DNA of 56,193 nucleotides from a virus (taxonomy: Duplodnaviria > Caudoviricetes). The notes beneath the pieces are model-generated. The model worked only from the letters and a program-made list of their open reading frames with translations, did not search any database and was not told the origin of the DNA. This document shows positions 54,641 to 56,193 of this stretch, piece after piece. The DNA is taken from IMG/VR virus record IMGVR_UViG_3300033513_000007, positions 1 through 56,193 of that record. One strand, written 5' to 3'. A program made the position numbers and the translations under genes. Position 1 is the first letter of the stretch. Every line of letters starts with the position of its first letter.

Positions 54641-54707
54641 GGGGTATCCAACTTCTCAGGGTCGCCGGGGTGTCCTTTCGGGGCCGGCTGCTCTTTTTGT
54701 TGGGGCC
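54641..54707 (-). promoter_or_regulatory. Structured capsid-gene leader with two nested GGCCCC...GGAYACCCC motifs
   Basis: Outer GGCCCC-AAC...GTT-GGATACCCC encloses inner GGCCCC-GAAA-GGACACCCC. Confidence 0.55.
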
Positions 54708-54728
54708 GCAGCTTGAGTTGCAGGCGTA

Positions 54729-54757
54729 TTTGTACCATTGCGCATATCCCAAGTCAA
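54729..54757 (-). promoter_or_regulatory. Sigma70-like promoter for the capsid gene
   Basis: TTGACT-17-TACAAA with an extended TG. Confidence 0.55.
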
Positions 54758-54769
54758 AACTGTGCCCTT

Positions 54770-54795
54770 AAAAAGAGAGGGGGCCGAAGCCCCCA
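54770..54795 (-). terminator. Rho-independent terminator
   Basis: GGGGGC-TTCG-GCCCCC followed by TCTCTTTT on the minus strand. Confidence 0.75.
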
Positions 54796-54822
54796 AACTA
54801 GACGAAAGGACCACCCCCTTTC

Positions 54823-55461
54823 TTAGCTGTTCCCTTGCAGCACGTTGAAGCGCAGCACCCCCGACGTGTGGGAGTTGATGACCAGCTTGACCGCCTTGAT
54901 CGGGGCCACGATCCCCACATCGGAGGTTGCCGTCTTCGTGACCATCGTTCCGTCCGTAACCCCACGAGCGGCCGACGTTTCGATGTCGTCATATGTCCGC
55001 ATCAAGGAGTAGTTGGCGGAACCGGACACCAGCACCACCCCGACGCCCACGGAAAAATTCCGTTGCAGGTAGTTGAGCGGAACCCATGGGGTGCAGGCAT
55101 CCGCCGCCCAGCCGATGTCGAAGGTGTCGGCGCCAGTAGTCGAATCGACGGTCACTGACGTGACGGTCTTGAGCCGTACCGGGAAGGATACCGACGCGAC
55201 CCCGTTCGGGCCGGCGACACTCGTCGTGACGGCTACGCCGTTGGCATTGGTGCCGGTAGCGGTGAAGGTCTTGCCGCTGTGGTTCGTCGCCGCGTTGCCG
55301 AGGATCGTGACCGTATGGCTGCAATCGTCGCCCATGTCGTTTGCGGTCAGGGCAAAGCCCCCCGCGTCGTAGGCAACATCGTCTGCAAGACCGTTGGCAT
55401 CTGCCGCCGCGACGGTGAATGTCTTGGTGTAGTCGGTTGAACCGTGCTTGAGTTTGGACAT
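54823..55461 (-). CDS. Putative structural beta-rich protein
   Basis: Thr/Ala/Gly/Val-rich; located in the head module; GGAGG RBS. Confidence 0.55.
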   Translation of the reverse strand: MSKLKHGSTDYTKTFTVAAADANGLADDVAYDAGGFALTANDMGDDCSHTVTILGNAATNHSGKTFTATGTNANGVAVTTSVAGPNGVASVSFPVRLKTVTSVTVDSTTGADTFDIGWAADACTPWVPLNYLQRNFSVGVGVVLVSGSANYSLMRTYDDIETSAARGVTDGTMVTKTATSDVGIVAPIKAVKLVINSHTSGVLRFNVLQGNS

Positions 55462-55463
55462 GA

Positions 55464-55619
55464 TTACTTCCCTCCCTTCTTGGCGGGGATTTTAGCCCCG
55501 CTACGACGCGCGGTATCGAGCGCAATGGCAACAGCCTGCTTCTGCGGCTTGCCGTGTTTCATTTCCGTGGCGATGTTCTTGCCGATGGTCTTCTGCGATG
55601 TTCCCTTCTTCAACGGCAT
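55464..55619 (-). CDS. Small basic protein (DUF6496-like)
   Basis: MPLKKG.SQKTI..NI..E...GKP..QAVAIAL..AR. Confidence 0.75.
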   Translation of the reverse strand: MPLKKGTSQKTIGKNIATEMKHGKPQKQAVAIALDTARRSGAKIPAKKGGK

Positions 55620-55620
55620 G

Positions 55621-56193
55621 TTAGCGCCCCTTTCCTTTTTCCATTGCCTGCACGAGTTCGAGGTAGCGGGCTTGATTCTTCGCCGCCTTCGGTCCCTTCC
55701 AGTATTCGGATTCGGTGTCACCCATCATCTTGCGAAGGCCCGACATTTCCGTCTCCACCGCTTGCACCGCATTCGTGCCGCTGCCCGGTACGACTGAACC
55801 GATGGGGTTCAACTCGCGCCCGAGAGCGACGGCCCACCGCGCGAAGTGCGGGCTATCCCCCAGCAGAGTGCCGTCAGGCAGATATGCCTGCGTCAATTCC
55901 CGTTGCACTTCCGGGGGCGCCGACGCCACGAGGTTGTTTGCGATCTGGATGTTCTTCCGATAGTCGGTGCCGTACTCTTCGCGCAGGATGTCTTCCGTTT
56001 CCTTCACGCGATTCGCAATCGCCTGCAACTGCTGCGCCTTGCCCTCTTCCTGCTTGTTGAAGAACCACGCCAGCGCGCTCTTGACTTCCTCGGGCTTGTA
56101 GTTGCTGTCGTGGGCAACCTTCAAGAAGTCCTCCACGAAAGGCTTGTCGTTGTCGCCTATGACGAGGCCGTTGGGGAGCGAGAGGTCGTAGCC
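55621..56193 (-). CDS. Capsid scaffolding protein, 3' part (joins 1-556)
   Basis: LREEYG.DY..N; C-terminal ..YW.......Q.RY motif; in frame across the junction. Confidence 0.75.
   Translation of the reverse strand, partial: GYDLSLPNGLVIGDNDKPFVEDFLKVAHDSNYKPEEVKSALAWFFNKQEEGKAQQLQAIANRVKETEDILREEYGTDYRKNIQIANNLVASAPPEVQRELTQAYLPDGTLLGDSPHFARWAVALGRELNPIGSVVPGSGTNAVQAVETEMSGLRKMMGDTESEYWKGPKAAKNQARYLELVQAMEKGKGR
56067..56193. repeat. Terminal direct repeat copy of 1-127
   Basis: Exact match. Confidence 0.95.

Overview
The window is an apparently complete, circularly assembled genome (56,066 bp unique; bases 1-127 = 56067-56193) of a GC-rich short-tailed dsDNA phage (podovirus with BPP-1/APSE/T7-type portal, capsid, tail tubular proteins and three ejection proteins). 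It has no phage RNA polymerase, integrase or reverse transcriptase. Layout: virion and lysis genes on the minus strand (34.2-56.2 kb continuing through 1-6.5 kb); a non-coding iteron/IHF region (6.55-7.15 kb); a plus-strand cluster of small early genes (7.2-13.0 kb); a 1,493-aa signal-peptide-bearing multi-domain polysaccharide-active protein (13.1-17.6 kb); and a divergent replication region (primase-helicase, DUF2800 nuclease, SSB, PolA, VRR-NUC, SNF2). The best candidate for a new system is the 2,260-aa ejection protein. It carries an inserted HD-GYP-type phosphodiesterase domain in tandem with a SAM-lyase-like (T3 SAMase/DUF3293-like) domain, which would make a virion-delivered double counter-defence payload. 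A second, stand-alone SAM-lyase-like gene sits in the early region. Also notable: the ~75-aa Trp-rich repeat of the secreted enzyme recurs at the N-terminus of a tail beta-propeller protein. All family calls come from motif recognition by eye; no database searches were run.
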